Source: Polyangiales bacterium (GTDB lineage Bacteria > Myxococcota_A > Polyangia > Polyangiales > Polyangiaceae). From it: 64,000 nt of DNA. The DNA lies in NCBI GenBank assembly GCA_038231275.1, contig JBBRLQ010000004.1:192001-256000 (forward strand). The letters run 5' to 3'. Positions within the stretch are counted from its first letter, which is position 1; every line of letters begins with the position of its first letter. This document shows, in pieces, positions 60,643 through 64,000 of the stretch. Both the position numbers and the translations under genes were made by a program. The notes under the pieces were generated by a model. That model did no database searches. It was not told the DNA's origin and saw nothing but the letters and a program-made list of their open reading frames with translations.

Positions 60643-60975
60643 ATGGATGATTTCGAGCAGCTCGCGAATCGGGTCAACGACACCGATCTCCAGTGGTGGC
60701 CCTTCCTCTTTCTGCGGCCGGAGCCGCACTGCAAGCTGTCTCGCGCGCGCGTCTTCGCGCTCGCCGCGCTCTATGGCGTGTTCGGCGGGATGCTGGCGAA
60801 CGCGCTCCTCTCGCTGACCGGCCACTCGCGCGGCGTGCACCTCGCGGTCCTGCCTGCCGCCGCTCCCATGGTCTTGTTCGTCACCTTCCGATGGACCAGC
60901 GCGTGGGCGTGGAACCGCCGCGCCGACCGCCTCGCACCGACTCCATACGCACAAAAGCCCCGCGACGCCGGGTAG
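60643..60975 (+). CDS. small membrane protein
   Basis: ND.D..WWPFLFLRP; two TM segments; WNRRA. Confidence 0.7.
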   Translation: MDDFEQLANRVNDTDLQWWPFLFLRPEPHCKLSRARVFALAALYGVFGGMLANALLSLTGHSRGVHLAVLPAAAPMVLFVTFRWTSAWAWNRRADRLAPTPYAQKPRDAG

Positions 60976-61015
60976 TCCGTCGTCGCAGGGCTTGCGTCTG
61001 GCGAAGTCGCCTATT

Positions 61016-63826
61016 TCATGGCGCAGCGCAAAAGTCGCCGCCCGTGGCGCCGGCTGCGGGGATGGGCACCGTCGTCGTGTCCTCGTCGATTGAGAGGAGG
61101 AACGCGATCAGCTTCTGGACGTTCGCCTCGCGCACCTTCGGATCGGTCTCCGAGAGGAAGTTCGGCGCGAGCGGGCCCGCGTGGTGTTGCGCAAAGGTCG
61201 CCGAGAAGAGGCTCTCGAGGGTCGTCGCCTGTCCGGCGTGGAGGTACGGCGCGCCGGTCGAGAGGCCGAGGAGCGACGGCGGGTTGAAGCCCTTGCCGTC
61301 CGCCTCGTTGCCCTGCCCTTGCGTGACCATGTCCTGGCGAAGCTCCGAGATGCCGGCGAGCGCGTCACCGACGCCGAAGGTGCCGACCGGGCGGAGCATG
61401 CACTGGATCTGGTCGAGCCCCCCGTTGGTCGACGGGAAGCGCATGAAGCGGTTCGTCGTCGCCGGCAAGAGCGCTTGCGGGAAGCCGGCGGGCGGCGTCC
61501 ATGCTTTTGCCGAGAGCGCGGCCATCGTCGCGATCGAGGGCGCGTAGAACGCCTTCGAGATGGTCCACTTGTCCCCGCCGTGGCAACCCTGGCACGCGCC
61601 GTCGACGGTGAAGAGATCGTGACCGGCGGCGACGAGGCCCGCGTCCAGGTTCGACGGCTTGCGCGGCGAGCGGATGGACTTCACGTACTCCGTGATGTTC
61701 AGGAAGTCGTCGAGGACGCTAACCTGCGCGAGGCCCGCGGGGTTCGACGGATCGGAGAGCTGCGTGGCCGAGCCGTTGAGGCCCGCGTGGCCGGCCTTCG
61801 CGACGTCGATGCGATCGGTGACCGCCGGCGGCGTGCTGTTGGTCGCGACGATGGCGCCGACGCCGCCCGAGATGCCGCGCGTGTTGGCGTCGAAGTCGGG
61901 GACCTCGTCGAAGATGGCTGTCCAGTTGAGGATGCGCCGATCGGTCGCGTCCTTCGACGAGTACGTGCCGTCGAGGCTCGTCGACTGGCGCGTTCCGCGG
62001 TTGAAGTACCACGTGACGTCGTCGGTGAGGCCGTCGGTGTGGCACGACTGGCACGAGCTCCACGCTTGCCCCTTGAGTGACCAGCGACCGACGCCGGTGT
62101 CGAAGAAGCGCTTGCCCTTGAGGACCTTCTCCTCGCTCGAGCCGCCGGCCGGAAGCGCCGACGCACTCGCCACCGTCGGAGTGGCCGCGCCGCCCGCGAC
62201 CGCCTGCGTGTTGAAGTCGAGGACGGTGAGGTTGCGGCTGACGTCGTTCGCGACGAACGCGAATTTTTTGCCCGACGCGCTGCCGATGGCGACGCCGATC
62301 GGGTTCTTGCCGGCGCTCGAGGCCGCGATGCCGGCGGGCGTGAGATCGAGGAACGCGTTGCCGGGCGACCCGACCTCCGCGATCTGCGAGCTCTTGGTCG
62401 GATCGTATTTGACGCGGAACACGGCGTCGGCGGCGTTGGCGGCGACGTAGGCGACGCCGGTGGCGGGGACGAACGCGATGTCGCTGGGCACTCCTGGGAA
62501 GCGACGGGTGCCGTCATCAGCCGCCGCGCGCGCGGTGTAGAGCGCCGCGAACTGCGCGTTCAAGCTGGCGGTCGAGGTCGAGACCTCCTTGTCTTGCGAG
62601 AGATCGACGACCGAAATCACCGGCGCCGTCGTGGTCTTCACGTTCGCGATGTTCGGCGCGCACACGAAGTTGACGCACTTTCCGCCGTTCGCGCCGCACT
62701 GGGCGTCGGCGCTGCAGTTGGTCGTGCACTTCTTGGCGGCGGCGCAGGAGCCCACGACTTGTCCGGGACAGCTCGTGTCGTCGGTGCAGGTCGCGGCCGC
62801 CGGACCGGTGAACGCGCCGATCGGCCCCTTCGGCGAGGCGCAGATCGAGGTGACGTAGGCGTAGGCGCCGTTGATGGTGACCGACTGGAGCTGGTTCGGG
62901 TAGCAGCCCGCCTTGCCGCCCGTGTGATCGGCGAAGCCGAGATCGGCCACGGGGCCGAGCTGGATCGTCGACACCGATTTATCGGAGACCTTGATCTTGT
63001 AGAGGAGCCCCGCCTTCGCGGTGTCGGCGTTCGCGCCGGCCGGATCCTCGACCGCCGTGCGCTGCGCGAAGTACTCGGTGACGAGGATGCTCTCGTCGGC
63101 GTCGTTGGCGTCGAGGTTGTTCGTGATCGCGACGCTGCGCGGGTGCGCGAGCGCCGGACGCGCCGTGACGGATCCGAGGAGGCCTGTCTTGACGAGCGCG
63201 TCGTTGAGGTCGACCGTCGACGTCACCGTCAAGGTCGCCGTGTCGATCCCCATGACCGTGCCGTCGACCCAGTTCGCGACCCACACCTTCGCGCCGGTCG
63301 GCGTGAGCGCGAGGCCCGTAGGCTCGCTGCCGACCGCGACGCGCCCCGCCTCGGTGGGCGTGCCCTTCAGATCGGAGATCTTCACGAGCTTCTGATCCTT
63401 CCTCAGGATCACGTAGGCGGTCACGCCGTCCGGCGCGACGACGACCTGCCACGGCTCGCTCCCGGCGCCGAGCGACAGCTCCTTCTTCTTGGCGAGCGAC
63501 GGCGGGCTGCCGTCGGCAGGATAAGTGACCGCGAAGACCGTGATCGATCCGACGTCGCGGTTCACCATCACGGCGACCGTGTCGTCGGGCGAGAGGGCGA
63601 CCGCCGAGCCGCGGCTCGGTCCAGGCGCGACGCCGGGCGGGACGACCGGACCTCCCTCGTATCCGCCGTCGCCATCGCCGCCGCCGCCGTCGACCTCCAC
63701 GGCCGCGTCGGGCGAAGGCTTCGGCCCCTCGGGTTGAGACGCGCTGTCACCGCATCCGATCGACTGCGCCAAGAGCAACGCGGCCCACGACGAAGAAGCG
63801 AGCCTGATGCCGAAAGTGCGTTTCAT
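61016..63826 (-). CDS. lipoprotein: YVTN-type beta-propeller plus di-haem cytochrome c (bCcP/MauG-like) with Cys-rich insert
   Basis: GGAGG RBS; SIGC lipobox; GSEPWQV, GSEPTGL, NPIGVA blades; CQSCH and CQGCH; FNPPSL..APYLHAG. Confidence 0.85.
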   Translation of the reverse strand: MKRTFGIRLASSSWAALLLAQSIGCGDSASQPEGPKPSPDAAVEVDGGGGDGDGGYEGGPVVPPGVAPGPSRGSAVALSPDDTVAVMVNRDVGSITVFAVTYPADGSPPSLAKKKELSLGAGSEPWQVVVAPDGVTAYVILRKDQKLVKISDLKGTPTEAGRVAVGSEPTGLALTPTGAKVWVANWVDGTVMGIDTATLTVTSTVDLNDALVKTGLLGSVTARPALAHPRSVAITNNLDANDADESILVTEYFAQRTAVEDPAGANADTAKAGLLYKIKVSDKSVSTIQLGPVADLGFADHTGGKAGCYPNQLQSVTINGAYAYVTSICASPKGPIGAFTGPAAATCTDDTSCPGQVVGSCAAAKKCTTNCSADAQCGANGGKCVNFVCAPNIANVKTTTAPVISVVDLSQDKEVSTSTASLNAQFAALYTARAAADDGTRRFPGVPSDIAFVPATGVAYVAANAADAVFRVKYDPTKSSQIAEVGSPGNAFLDLTPAGIAASSAGKNPIGVAIGSASGKKFAFVANDVSRNLTVLDFNTQAVAGGAATPTVASASALPAGGSSEEKVLKGKRFFDTGVGRWSLKGQAWSSCQSCHTDGLTDDVTWYFNRGTRQSTSLDGTYSSKDATDRRILNWTAIFDEVPDFDANTRGISGGVGAIVATNSTPPAVTDRIDVAKAGHAGLNGSATQLSDPSNPAGLAQVSVLDDFLNITEYVKSIRSPRKPSNLDAGLVAAGHDLFTVDGACQGCHGGDKWTISKAFYAPSIATMAALSAKAWTPPAGFPQALLPATTNRFMRFPSTNGGLDQIQCMLRPVGTFGVGDALAGISELRQDMVTQGQGNEADGKGFNPPSLLGLSTGAPYLHAGQATTLESLFSATFAQHHAGPLAPNFLSETDPKVREANVQKLIAFLLSIDEDTTTVPIPAAGATGGDFCAAP

Positions 63827-64000
63827 TCGTAGTCTCCTCCATGAAAAGCGAGCGCGGGATACACGACGGCGTCTCGGGAGCCCTCCACCGGGGGCCCCGA
63901 AGCGCGCCATCACTGCCTGCCCCCGGCCGCTCGCGTCGCGGGGGTCGGTATTGACCTTAAGGCGCGGGCGCCCACGCGAAAGTAGATTCTCCCCATGGGT

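Overview
High-GC chromosomal window with about 53 CDS and one tRNA-Thr(CGT). Gene content (many Cys-rich or Ser/Gly-rich lipoproteins, Hanks-type kinases, FHA/PP2C proteins, split nuo genes) suggests a myxobacterium, Polyangiales-like; this is inference. Housekeeping genes: nuoE-F-J-K-L-M-N, hisC, accA, ltaE, clpS-clpA, a LonC-like protease, a USP and a PA0069-type radical SAM protein. I saw no transposase, integrase, prophage or CRISPR array. The best candidate for an undescribed system is an MNIO (DUF692) RiPP-type locus at 29.2-33.6 kb. It has a lipoprotein precursor with two distant SC-x4-C motifs, the MNIO enzyme, and a DUF2063 partner on the opposite strand that is translationally coupled to a Ser/Thr kinase; YceI, MocR and ChrA genes lie upstream. 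Other notable items: complex I with extra parts (PKD-like domain on NuoL, extra helices on NuoM, a cupredoxin-like lipoprotein coupled to nuoN), three di-haem c lipoproteins, a tandem palindromic operator, a trypsin-like protein with Thr at the nucleophile position, a double-knottin lipoprotein, a very acidic small protein, and a radical SAM gene with an in-frame hairpin and a clamp-binding-like tail. All family calls come from motif recognition by eye; no searches were run.
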